Shown here: piece by piece, positions 10,249-18,504 of the stretch
How positions within the stretch are numbered: the first letter of the stretch is position 1
Layout of the letters: each line of letters starts with the position of its first letter
DNA from: Moraxella nasicaprae
GTDB lineage: Bacteria > Pseudomonadota > Gammaproteobacteria > Pseudomonadales > Moraxellaceae
Length of the DNA stretch: 32,000 nucleotides
Direction of reading: 5' to 3'
NCBI RefSeq assembly: GCF_025643275.1
Contig: NZ_CP089977.1
Coordinates: 1,260,001 to 1,292,000 of the forward strand
Made by a program: the position numbers and the translations under genes
Notes under the pieces: model-generated
Database searches by the model: none
The model's input: only the letters and a program-made list of their open reading frames with translations
Told to the model about the DNA's origin: nothing

Positions 10249-11775
10249 ATGACCGTCATTAAGCAAGACGATTTTATCCAAAGTATTGCTGATGCTTTTC
10301 AATACATCAGCTATTATCACCCAACCGATTATATCGAGGCATTGGTTGAGGCATTAGAAAAAGAAGAAAACCCTGCCGCCAAAGATGCGATGACACAGAT
10401 TTTGGTCAATAGCCGTATGTGTGCCGAAGGCAAACGACCTATTTGTCAAGATACAGGCATTGCGACGGTATTTTTGAAAGTGGGCATGAATGTGCAATGG
10501 GACGCTACCATGAGTGTGGCAGAGATGGTCAATGAGGGCGTGCGTCGTGCCTACAACCACCCTGACAACACCCTGCGTGCCTCTGTACTTGCTGACCCCG
10601 CAGGTAAGCGTATCAACACCAAAGACAATACCCCTGCGGTGATTCACATGGAAATCGTGGCAGGCGACAAGGTGGAAGTGACCTGTGCTGCCAAAGGCGG
10701 TGGTTCTGAAAACAAATCAAAACTTGCCATGCTTAATCCATCGGATAACATCGTTGATTGGGTGCTAAAAACCATTCCAGAAATGGGTGCTGGCTGGTGT
10801 CCACCAGGCATTCTTGGTATCGGTATTGGCGGCACACCAGAAAAGGCGGCCTTGCTTGCCAAAGAAAGTCTGATGAGCCATATTGATATTCATGAACTGA
10901 AAGAAAAAGCAGACAGTGGGGCACAGCTTTCTACGACAGAGGCATTGCGATTAGAGTTGTACGAAAAAGTCAATGCATTGGGCATTGGTGCTCAGGGTTT
11001 GGGCGGTCTAACCACTGTGCTTGATGTTAAAATCCTAGATTACCCAACACACGCTGCCTCTAAGCCAATCGCCATGATTCCAAACTGTGCTGCCACTCGC
11101 CATGTGGAATTTGAGTTGGACGGTTCAGGTCCTGTACAGCTTGACCCGCCAAGTTTAGATGCTTATCCTGACATTACTTATAGCCCAGAAAATGGCAAGC
11201 GAGTTAATGTTGATACTTTGACCAAAGAAGAAGTGGCGACATGGCAAACAGGCGATGTGATTTTGCTCAGTGGTAAAATCTATACAGGTCGAGATGCTGC
11301 TCACAAACGCATGACCGACATGCTAAATAAGGGCGAAACTTTGCCAGTTGATTTCACCAACAAGCTCATCTACTATGTTGGACCTGTTGATCCTGTGCGT
11401 GATGAAGTGGTGGGTCCAGCAGGGCCGACAACCGCCACTCGCATGGACAAGTTTACCCGTCAGATGCTTGAACAAACAGGTCTGCTTGGTATGATTGGTA
11501 AGTCAGAGCGTGGCAAAGCTGCTTGTGAGGCGATTGCTGACAATAAAGCGGTCTATCTGATGGCGGTTGGCGGTAGTGCTTATTTGGTTTCCAAAGCCAT
11601 CAAAAACGCCAAAGTTGTCGCTTTTGAAGATTTGGGCATGGAGGCGATTTATGAATTTGAAGTCAAAGATATGCCTGTTACTGTTGCCGTAGATAGTAGC
11701 GGCAGCTCAGTACACGCCACCGCACCAAAAATTTGGCAAGCCAAAATTGGCAAGATTCCTGTCAGCCAAGAGTGA
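10249..11775 (+). CDS. fumA: Class I (Fe-S dependent) fumarate hydratase, single-chain about 508-aa type
   Basis: Motifs ICQDTGIA, AAKGGGSENKS and C-terminal GGSAYL.. with the beta-domain. AAGGA Shine-Dalgarno favours ATG 10249. Confidence 0.9.
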   Translation: MTVIKQDDFIQSIADAFQYISYYHPTDYIEALVEALEKEENPAAKDAMTQILVNSRMCAEGKRPICQDTGIATVFLKVGMNVQWDATMSVAEMVNEGVRRAYNHPDNTLRASVLADPAGKRINTKDNTPAVIHMEIVAGDKVEVTCAAKGGGSENKSKLAMLNPSDNIVDWVLKTIPEMGAGWCPPGILGIGIGGTPEKAALLAKESLMSHIDIHELKEKADSGAQLSTTEALRLELYEKVNALGIGAQGLGGLTTVLDVKILDYPTHAASKPIAMIPNCAATRHVEFELDGSGPVQLDPPSLDAYPDITYSPENGKRVNVDTLTKEEVATWQTGDVILLSGKIYTGRDAAHKRMTDMLNKGETLPVDFTNKLIYYVGPVDPVRDEVVGPAGPTTATRMDKFTRQMLEQTGLLGMIGKSERGKAACEAIADNKAVYLMAVGGSAYLVSKAIKNAKVVAFEDLGMEAIYEFEVKDMPVTVAVDSSGSSVHATAPKIWQAKIGKIPVSQE

Positions 11776-11785
11776 TGCCATCATA

Positions 11786-11816
11786 AAAAAACACCGTCCC
11801 TGTGGCGGTGTTTTTT
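11786..11816 (+). terminator. Fumarase rho-independent terminator
   Basis: AAAAAACACCG-loop-CGGTGTTTTTT, 10 nt after the stop. Confidence 0.8.
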
Positions 11817-11955
11817 ATGGCAGTATCAACATGGTTAATCATCTATTCATGAGCTTTTTTGACCAAGTTTGGAGCAAACCATTGTTGTTTTAGGTATCGA
11901 GCGGATTTATTGATGGCTGGTGGGTAAATATCGTTTGGTCTATGATGATGGCAAT

Positions 11956-11988
11956 AAAAAAGAGCTTGGAATCAACCAAGCCCTTTTT
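11956..11988. terminator. Bidirectional hairpin terminating the Ala-rich lipoprotein gene (minus strand)
   Basis: AAAAAA-GAGCTTGG-AATCAA-CCAAGCCC-TTTTT. On the minus strand it lies 38 nt past the stop at 12027. Confidence 0.7.
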
Positions 11989-12026
11989 GGAAAAATATTT
12001 TTTAAGCAGTTAAGACTGCGTTAAAA

Positions 12027-12470
12027 TTATTTTTTCTCTTCAGTTTTAGCTTCGCCTTCAGCAGCAGGAGCTTGTGCAGCGTCAGCAGCAGGAGCAGCGG
12101 CTTCAGCAGTAGCAGGAGCTTGTTCAGTTGCAGTGGTAGCAGCAGCTTGTGCAGCTTCAGCAGCACCTTGAGCGGTGTCAGCAGCAGCTTGTGCAGCTTC
12201 AGCAGTTGCAGTACCAGCAGCGTCAGCAGCAGCTTTTGCAGCGTCGCCAGCAGCTTCGGTAGCGGTTGCAGCAGCGTCAGCAGCAGTGTTTGCAGCGTCA
12301 GCGGCAGCTTCACCAGCAGTTGCAGCAGCGTCTTTTGCAGCGTCAGCAGCAGTGGTAGCAGCTTCGGTAGCGGTAGTAGCAGCTTCAGCAGCTTTTTCTT
12401 CAGCTGGCTTTGAGCAAGCAGTTAGAGCTAGAGCAGCGATAAGTGCAGATGCGATTAGTTTAGTTTGCAT
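12027..12470 (-). CDS. Alanine-rich low-complexity lipoprotein (H.8/Lip-like in composition)
   Basis: Start at internal ATG 12470 with a GGAG Shine-Dalgarno. Signal peptide and lipobox MQTKLIASALIAALALTA/C. The mature part is almost entirely A/T/E/D/Q/K. Confidence 0.75.
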   Translation of the reverse strand: MQTKLIASALIAALALTACSKPAEEKAAEAATTATEAATTAADAAKDAAATAGEAAADAANTAADAAATATEAAGDAAKAAADAAGTATAEAAQAAADTAQGAAEAAQAAATTATEQAPATAEAAAPAADAAQAPAAEGEAKTEEKK

Positions 12471-12833
12471 GATAAACTCCAAATCAAGGAAAATATTACA
12501 GAAAAAAGAACCCACGAATCTTGGCAGAAAAAGAATACCTTATCTCTTGCCTTAATCCATAGGTTTACACTGCGATAACATCAGTATACAACAGTTTAGC
12601 CAAAATAAAAACAAAATTTGCTACAAAAATATTAAAACATGTAACAAGAAGTTTCAAAATCAGCTCTTGTATCAATCGTAACTCAGATAAGCAGCTAAAT
12701 TAAGTTTCCTTAACGCCATCATCAGTTTACGCATACAATTTGCAGATAAATTATCTTATCATAAAAATCCATAATCAACAAATAGAATTTTGTAAATTTT
12801 ATTGGTTGGTCGGATTGTACTTGAATGTTTTAT

Positions 12834-12874
12834 TAAAAAGCCGCTTGTCATGTCGTAATGGCATCGCAAGCGGC
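12834..12874 (-). terminator. rho gene terminator
   Basis: On the minus strand: GCCGCTTG-loop-CAAGCGGC followed by TTTTTAATAAAA, starting 11 nt after the rho stop. Confidence 0.7.
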
Positions 12875-12884
12875 TAGAATTAGA

Positions 12885-14156
12885 TTAGCTGTTTTGGGCT
12901 TTTTTAATCATTTGCTCAAAAAACTCTTCATTGGTTTTGGATTCTTTTAGGCGTTCAAGCAAAAATTCGGTGGCTTGTGAATCTTCCATTGGTTGCATCA
13001 ATTTTCGCAAAATCCATACACGGCGAAGGGTATCTTCGTCCAGTAATCGTTCTTCACGGCGAGTGCTGGATTTTTTGATGTTGATGGCAGGGAAAATGCG
13101 GCGTTCAGCTAGGTCTCTTTCTAGGGTGATTTCTTGGTTGCCTGTGCCTTTAAATTCTTCAAAAATCACGCTATCCATCTTGGAGCCTGTGTCAATCAGA
13201 GCGGTTGAGATGATGGTAAGGCTGCCCCCTTCCTCGATGTTGCGGGCAGCACCAAAAAAGCGTTTTGGGCGTTCTAAGGCATTGGCGTCCACACCGCCAG
13301 TCAGCACTTTACCGCTTGATGGCATCACGGTGTTGTACGCACGAGCCAGACGGGTGATACTGTCTAGCAAAATGACCACATCTTGCTTATGCTCGACCAA
13401 GCGTTTGGCTTTTTCGATGACCATCTCAGCAACTTGAATGTGGCGTTGTGGTGGCTCATCAAAGGTTGATGCCACAACTTCGCCACGCACGGTGCGTTGC
13501 ATTTCGGTGACTTCCTCTGGGCGTTCATCAATCAGCAGTACAATCAGATAGCAGTTTGGGTGATTTTTGGTGATGGATTGAGCAATGGTTTGTAATAAAA
13601 CCGTTTTACCTGCCTTGGGTGGGGCAACAATGATGGAACGCTGACCTTTGCCAATGGGGGCGATGAGGTCAATGATACGACCTGTCAAATCTTCGGTCGT
13701 GCCGTTACCTGTTTCTAGCACCAGTTGTTCGGTAGGAAATAGCGGTGTTAAGTTTTCAAAAATCAACTTATGGCGAGAGCGGTCAGGGGTGTCAAAGTTA
13801 ATCTCGCCAACTTTTAATAGGGCAAAATAGCGTTCAGAATCTTTGGGTGGGCGGATTTGCCCTGCGATGGAGTCGCCTGTTTGAAGATTGAAACGGCGGA
13901 TTTGGCTTGGGCTGACATAGATGTCGTCAGGACCCGCCAAATATGAGCCTTCTGATGAACGCAAAAAACCAAAGCCATCAGGCAAGATTTCTAATACGCC
14001 ATCGCCATAGATGGGTTCGCCGTTTCTGGCGTGGGTTTTGAGAATGGCAAAAATAATGTCTTGTTTGCGGCTGCGAGCCATGTTGTCAAGACCAAGCTGC
14101 TCAGCGATGGCAAGTAGTTCGCTAACGGATTTTCTTTTTAATTCGGTTAGATTCAT
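12885..14156 (-). CDS. rho: Transcription termination factor Rho
   Basis: 423 aa from ATG 14156 ([15 protein letters not shown]...). Walker A APPKAGKT, the RNA-binding OB region and the typical C-terminus are present. Confidence 0.98.
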   Translation of the reverse strand: MNLTELKRKSVSELLAIAEQLGLDNMARSRKQDIIFAILKTHARNGEPIYGDGVLEILPDGFGFLRSSEGSYLAGPDDIYVSPSQIRRFNLQTGDSIAGQIRPPKDSERYFALLKVGEINFDTPDRSRHKLIFENLTPLFPTEQLVLETGNGTTEDLTGRIIDLIAPIGKGQRSIIVAPPKAGKTVLLQTIAQSITKNHPNCYLIVLLIDERPEEVTEMQRTVRGEVVASTFDEPPQRHIQVAEMVIEKAKRLVEHKQDVVILLDSITRLARAYNTVMPSSGKVLTGGVDANALERPKRFFGAARNIEEGGSLTIISTALIDTGSKMDSVIFEEFKGTGNQEITLERDLAERRIFPAINIKKSSTRREERLLDEDTLRRVWILRKLMQPMEDSQATEFLLERLKESKTNEEFFEQMIKKAQNS

Positions 14157-14224
14157 GGGTAGGTCTGTGAATAAAAAAAATGACAGCAATATCGAGTGAT
14201 TGCTTTTTTTGAAAAAAGAATGGA

Positions 14225-14256
14225 ATAAAAAATAAGGTCAATAGACAGATGACCTT
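14225..14256 (-). promoter_or_regulatory. Terminator-like hairpin at the 5' end of the rho leader (candidate attenuator)
   Basis: Minus strand: AAGGTCA-9 nt-TGACCTT followed by ATTTTTTATT. It lies between the predicted rho promoter and the start codon. Confidence 0.4.
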
Positions 14257-14266
14257 TGAAATGACA

Positions 14267-14295
14267 ATATTAAGACCAAAGCCTTGACTTGTCAA
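14267..14295 (-). promoter_or_regulatory. rho promoter
   Basis: Minus strand: -35 TTGACA (14295-14290), exact 17-nt spacer, -10 TAATAT (14272-14267). It lies downstream of the trxA terminator. Confidence 0.6.
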
Positions 14296-14326
14296 GATGT
14301 ATTGATGGATTTTGTGTTTTTTATCA

Positions 14327-14357
14327 TAAAAAAAGACCTGCTGATACAGGTCTTTTT
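14327..14357 (-). terminator. trxA rho-independent terminator
   Basis: AGACCTG-CTGATA-CAGGTCT flanked by A- and T-runs, 10 nt past the trxA stop. Confidence 0.8.
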
Positions 14358-14363
14358 CTGGGA

Positions 14364-14684
14364 TTATAGATGCTTGTCTAGCAGCTGAGCCAAGGCAGTT
14401 TTTGGTTGGCTGCCAACGGTCATGTCAACTTTTTCGCCATTTTTGAAGACAAATAGCGTTGGAATGCTACGAATGCCAAAACGAGCGGCAGTCTGTGGGT
14501 TGGCATCAACATCAACTTTGACGATTTGGACACGGTCAGCATAGTCTGCGTCTAGCTCTTCTAAAACAGGAGCGATGGCTTTGCAAGGACCACACCAAGC
14601 TGCCCAAAAATCGACCAAAACAACCTTGTCAGAGTTTAGGACATCGGCATCAAAGTTTGCGTCTGTGGTGTTAATGATTGACAT
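14364..14684 (-). CDS. trxA: Thioredoxin 1
   Basis: 106 aa from ATG 14684. Active site WCGPCK. trxA-rho synteny as in E. coli. Confidence 0.97.
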   Translation of the reverse strand: MSIINTTDANFDADVLNSDKVVLVDFWAAWCGPCKAIAPVLEELDADYADRVQIVKVDVDANPQTAARFGIRSIPTLFVFKNGEKVDMTVGSQPKTALAQLLDKHL

Positions 14685-14768
14685 AAAATTTACCTTATAA
14701 AAGAGTGTTACCAACGCTAAATAGGGCTGGTTTTATAAAATTCAAGACAAAAATTTGTATGAAGGTCG

Positions 14769-14777
14769 TGCTATAAT
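14769..14777 (+). promoter_or_regulatory. Extended -10 promoter element upstream of rluA
   Basis: TGcTATAAT (14769-14777), about 70 nt before the rluA start. No good -35 is present. Confidence 0.35.
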
Positions 14778-14848
14778 ACCAAACCTTATGCAAAAGCGTT
14801 GTATTTTTTATCATTAAATTTGTAAATAATATTGATTGAGTAAACAAA

Positions 14849-15577
14849 ATGACTTTAAGCGATGGCGATATTGTACGATTAAATCAACAAGAAAGTGAGC
14901 AGTCAGACGAGTTTTTTTTGCAATTTGCCAAGCAAATCACCGTCTATGAAGATGAGGATATTTGGGTGCTGGATAAGCCAGCAGGTTTATTGAGTGTCGA
15001 TGGACGAACCCTAAAAGTCAGCCTGCAATCCAGACTACTGCGAGTCAATCCACAGATAAAGTTGATTCATCGTCTGGATATGGATACCTCAGGTCTGATT
15101 ATTTTTGCCAAGCATGCAGAGGCACAGACGAACATCAGCAAGCAGTTTATTGACCGTCTGCCCCAAAAAGAATATCAGGCGGTGGTGATGGGCACGATTT
15201 TGATGGACGACAAAAAAGGCATCATCGATGTGCCTGTGCGTTATGAGCCTAGCACCAAGCCAAGACATATCGTGGATATGAATTGGGATAAGCGAGCTTT
15301 GACGCATTATGAAGTGCTACACCACGAGCTGCGTACCGATGCTAATGGTCATGCACACCCAGTCACCCGTGTGGCACTCAAACCCATCACAGGCAGAAGT
15401 CATCAGCTGCGAGTTCACATGGTGCATCTTGGTCATGTGATGATTGGCGACCCCATCTATGCCGAAGGGGTGGCATTATCTTTGTCAAATCGTCTTAATC
15501 TACACGCTCACAAACTTCGCCTAAAACACCCCGTTCATGGAGCGTGGCTAGAATGGGTCAGCGAAGTGCCGTTCTAG
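14849..15577 (+). CDS. rluA: RluA-family pseudouridine synthase
   Basis: 242 aa. Catalytic motif HRLDMDTSGLIIFAK. LKPITGRSHQLRVHM matches E. coli RluA closely. Confidence 0.85.
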   Translation: MTLSDGDIVRLNQQESEQSDEFFLQFAKQITVYEDEDIWVLDKPAGLLSVDGRTLKVSLQSRLLRVNPQIKLIHRLDMDTSGLIIFAKHAEAQTNISKQFIDRLPQKEYQAVVMGTILMDDKKGIIDVPVRYEPSTKPRHIVDMNWDKRALTHYEVLHHELRTDANGHAHPVTRVALKPITGRSHQLRVHMVHLGHVMIGDPIYAEGVALSLSNRLNLHAHKLRLKHPVHGAWLEWVSEVPF

Positions 15578-15582
15578 CCCAA

Positions 15583-15909
15583 TCAAATCAGACCGCTGAT
15601 TAGTGCTGATTGGTATAGGCGTTTGGCACGAGAACCAGAATGACAAAATACCATCACAGGCTTGGGCAGATGAGCGATGAGTTTGGCAAAGTGCTGCACG
15701 ACATCATTGCTAAGATGGTCGCCACTGACAGGCAGATGATGATAGACAAGCCCTGATGCCAATGCACTATTACTGATGGCATCGCTGTTTGGTTGGTTTT
15801 GGCTTTCGTCATCAAATCGCAAGTTAATCAGGCTTTTGTAACCCAAATTGGCAAGAGTTGGGCATTGGCTTGGGTAGATTTGTTTGTATAAAGTGATTTG
15901 GTCGTGCAT
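15583..15909 (-). CDS. DUF442/TIGR01244-family phosphatase-like (sulfur-metabolism associated) protein
   Basis: Motifs ...SLINLRFDDE..., VYHHLPV and CHSGSRAKR (Cys-X4-Arg loop). The start is uncertain: ATG 15909 fits family length, and the ORF could extend to 15999 or 16011, overlapping the SulP gene end. Confidence 0.65.
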   Translation of the reverse strand: MHDQITLYKQIYPSQCPTLANLGYKSLINLRFDDESQNQPNSDAISNSALASGLVYHHLPVSGDHLSNDVVQHFAKLIAHLPKPVMVFCHSGSRAKRLYQSALISGLI

Positions 15910-15991
15910 GGCAAAGATGTTTTCCGTGTTTTTTGTTGTTCGTGATTGTAGCGAAACTTTGATGCTGGTGCAATTTTGATTTGGAATAAGT

Positions 15992-17710
15992 TTATTCATC
16001 ACAATCTGCATCTGGATTGGTTAGTTTGCACACCGCCTGATTGGTGCTTAAAAATACTTGTCCTGATAGCTGAGCAAGCAGTTGCCCACCAACCAGCTTA
16101 TCCATTACAGGACCTTTGATTTCAGCAAAATGCAGCTGTTTTTGGTATTTAAGGCACTCTTTGTTGAGTTCTAGTAGCATTTCTTGGGCGGATAAATCAA
16201 TGTGATTGACCGCTGTCATGATAAGGACAAGATGATGAATCTGTGCATCTTGGGCGTGTACCGATAGCTGGCTATGTACGGTTTGACAGTTGCCAAAATA
16301 TAAACTCTCATCAATGCGTAACAACATAATGCCATCGAAAGTTGTGACCGAATGTCGTTTGACATTGCGATAATGCTCGCTGTCATCAATCCGACCAACG
16401 GTGGCGATATGCACCTGATGTGTCCGATAAACCATCATTGCAAAGCTGGTCAAAATACCGCTGACTAAGCCAGCATTTAGCCCAAAAGTGATGGCGGTGA
16501 CAAAAGTGATGATAAAACATATCGCATCAGCACGATCATGTTGCCATGCCTGTTTGAAGGTTTTTTTGTCCACCATTGAGATGACCGAAGTGATGATGAC
16601 TGCCGCCAAAACTGCATAAGGCAAACCTTCTAACTGCCTGCCAAAAAACATCAAAATAGCCCAAATGCCAATGGCACAGACGATGGAGGAGAGTGGGGAG
16701 TTTGAGCCAACAGACAGATTGAGACTGGTGCGAGAAATACCCCCAGATACCGCAAATCCACCATACAGACCACTGGTCAAATTGGCAAGACCAAGCCCTA
16801 ATAGGTCTTTATTTGGCTGATAATCTTCGCCTCGAAGTCTGGCGTGCTGTCCTGCAATGGTACTACTAGAAATGAATGCCACAAGGGCAATCAGCAGTGC
16901 TGATGGTAGTAGCTGGACGATGATGTCAACTGAAATGGTGGGCAGACTGGCACTAGGAAAGCCTGTTGGTAGGGCTTGTAGGAGTCGAATGCCCATATCA
17001 TCAAACTGCCAATGATGAGCCAGCCAAATTGAGAACATGACTAATATGATGACAAACAGACGACCTGCAAAGCCTGCGGATTTTTTGGGTAGCCAGCTGC
17101 CCCATACGATGGATTCCCCATAGCGACTGATGAGCAAGATGATGAGCGTAATCATGCCCAATATGGTGGTCGGTAAGTGAATGAATTTGGCTTGTGCGTA
17201 TAGCCCTTGACTGGCTAAGATAAGACTGTCGCTATTGAGCGAGATGCCCAAGATGTATTTGATTTGGCTTAAAATGATTAAAATTGCCGCACCGCTGACA
17301 AAGCCTGCTGCCACGCCACGACTGACAAACTGCATAATCCAGCCCAATCTGAGCATACTGGCGAGTGATAAAATGACCCCCACCATAAAAGCCAGCGTGA
17401 TGGCAAGCTGAATATACTGTGGACTGCCTAGGCTATAATGACTCAACGCAGAAGCGGTCATGATGGCGGTCACTGCCACAGGTCCGACCGAAGCAATGCT
17501 GCTTGCCCCAAGCCATGCATACACCAAGACAGGTGTGATGGAGGCGTATAAACCCATGATGGGGGGCAGTCCTGCCAAAGTGGCATAGCCAAGACTTTGG
17601 GGAATGACCAAGACAGCCATCATCAGCCCAGCCGTCAGTTCAGCATAGATGCGACTGGGCTTTTCGACAAATTGCAAAATCCAGTTTGGGATAAGATTTT
17701 GCAATTTCAT
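15992..17710 (-). CDS. SulP family inorganic anion (sulfate) transporter with C-terminal STAS domain
   Basis: 572 aa. N-terminal ...ELTAGLMMAVLVIPQSLGYATLAGLPP, many transmembrane segments, and a STAS-like tail (MLLRIDESLYFGN...). Confidence 0.92.
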   Translation of the reverse strand: MKLQNLIPNWILQFVEKPSRIYAELTAGLMMAVLVIPQSLGYATLAGLPPIMGLYASITPVLVYAWLGASSIASVGPVAVTAIMTASALSHYSLGSPQYIQLAITLAFMVGVILSLASMLRLGWIMQFVSRGVAAGFVSGAAILIILSQIKYILGISLNSDSLILASQGLYAQAKFIHLPTTILGMITLIILLISRYGESIVWGSWLPKKSAGFAGRLFVIILVMFSIWLAHHWQFDDMGIRLLQALPTGFPSASLPTISVDIIVQLLPSALLIALVAFISSSTIAGQHARLRGEDYQPNKDLLGLGLANLTSGLYGGFAVSGGISRTSLNLSVGSNSPLSSIVCAIGIWAILMFFGRQLEGLPYAVLAAVIITSVISMVDKKTFKQAWQHDRADAICFIITFVTAITFGLNAGLVSGILTSFAMMVYRTHQVHIATVGRIDDSEHYRNVKRHSVTTFDGIMLLRIDESLYFGNCQTVHSQLSVHAQDAQIHHLVLIMTAVNHIDLSAQEMLLELNKECLKYQKQLHFAEIKGPVMDKLVGGQLLAQLSGQVFLSTNQAVCKLTNPDADCDE

Positions 17711-17714
17711 CAGT

Positions 17715-18110
17715 TTATTCTCCGTAGATTTTCATATTTTGGGCAAAAGCACAGCTCTTTTGACGAGCGGCAACGACCATCGCATCGTGTTCGCCATACA
17801 GTTTAGATAGTGTATTGTTGCGAGCGGCTCTTTGGCTGCTGCCAGAACCCATGCCCAGACTGATGCTTGGGTAAATACCATGACGACCGCCTGTCAGACC
17901 GATACCAATGCCAGTTGATGATAGCGAAAAACCTTGTTTTTTGGTTTGTTCAGCGACATTGGCAATGCGTGCAACTTCTGATTGTAGGTAGTTGCAATCA
18001 TGAGCTTGATAGTTGCTTGGATTGACATACTGGGGTGCTACTTTACCAGTGCTGGCACAGCCAGTCAAGACGGCAGCAACAGTAGCAAGTGTAAAAGCGA
18101 TTTTTTTCAT
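17715..18110 (-). CDS. Small lipoprotein of unknown function with a Gly-rich core
   Basis: 131 aa from ATG 18110. Lipobox MKKIAFTLATVAAVLTG/C. Gly-zipper-like GIGIGLTGGRHG...GMGSGSS flanked by two Cys. The stop is 4 nt before the SulP start. Confidence 0.7.
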   Translation of the reverse strand: MKKIAFTLATVAAVLTGCASTGKVAPQYVNPSNYQAHDCNYLQSEVARIANVAEQTKKQGFSLSSTGIGIGLTGGRHGIYPSISLGMGSGSSQRAARNNTLSKLYGEHDAMVVAARQKSCAFAQNMKIYGE

Positions 18111-18172
18111 AAAAATACCTTGTATCAAACATAAAAATAGTCAGCAAGCAAAGAGCTTGACCAAATGGGAAA

Positions 18173-18496
18173 TCAATGGCGTTTTGAGGCACAGACAGGA
18201 CTGCTGGGTGCTTGACCAAGCATGCCCCATTCATCTGGCGTATAAGCATGAATTGCCAAAGCGTGTACCGTGCCACCACCGCTGGTAAGTAATGAGGTCA
18301 GGCGAGCGTAGATGGCTTGATGACGAGCCGCCAAACGCAGTCCATTGAATGCATCGCTGACGATGGTCAGTTTAAAATGACTTTCTTTGCCCTCAAAAAA
18401 ATGAGCGTGCATATGGCTTTCGTTCACAAGCTCAATGTGTGATGGCGATAAAGCGTGCAGGGCTTCAAGCAATGCGTTGGCGGTCGGTGTGTTCAT
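18173..18496 (-). CDS. bolA: BolA family transcriptional regulator/Fe-S-related protein
   Basis: 107 aa. ...IELVNESHMH..., SHFKLTIVSDAFNGL..L.RH, VHALAIHAYTPDEW. Confidence 0.88.
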   Translation of the reverse strand: MNTPTANALLEALHALSPSHIELVNESHMHAHFFEGKESHFKLTIVSDAFNGLRLAARHQAIYARLTSLLTSGGGTVHALAIHAYTPDEWGMLGQAPSSPVCASKRH

Positions 18497-18504
18497 GGGT
18501 GTCC

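Noticed and set aside
12002-12555. Long ORFs in other frames and on the other strand across the Ala-rich gene (Leu/Lys-rich 12002-12313 minus, Ser-rich 12072-12413 plus, Ala-rich 12175-12555 plus).
   Set aside because: They are artefacts of the GCA/GCT-repeat DNA. Only the 12470 start has a Shine-Dalgarno, a signal peptide with lipobox, and a downstream terminator.
15586-15601. Hairpin AATCAG-ACCG-CTGATT at the 5-nt junction between convergent rluA and the DUF442 gene, considered as a possible shared terminator.
   Set aside because: The stem is short and lies inside the DUF442 coding end, and there is no U-tract on either strand.
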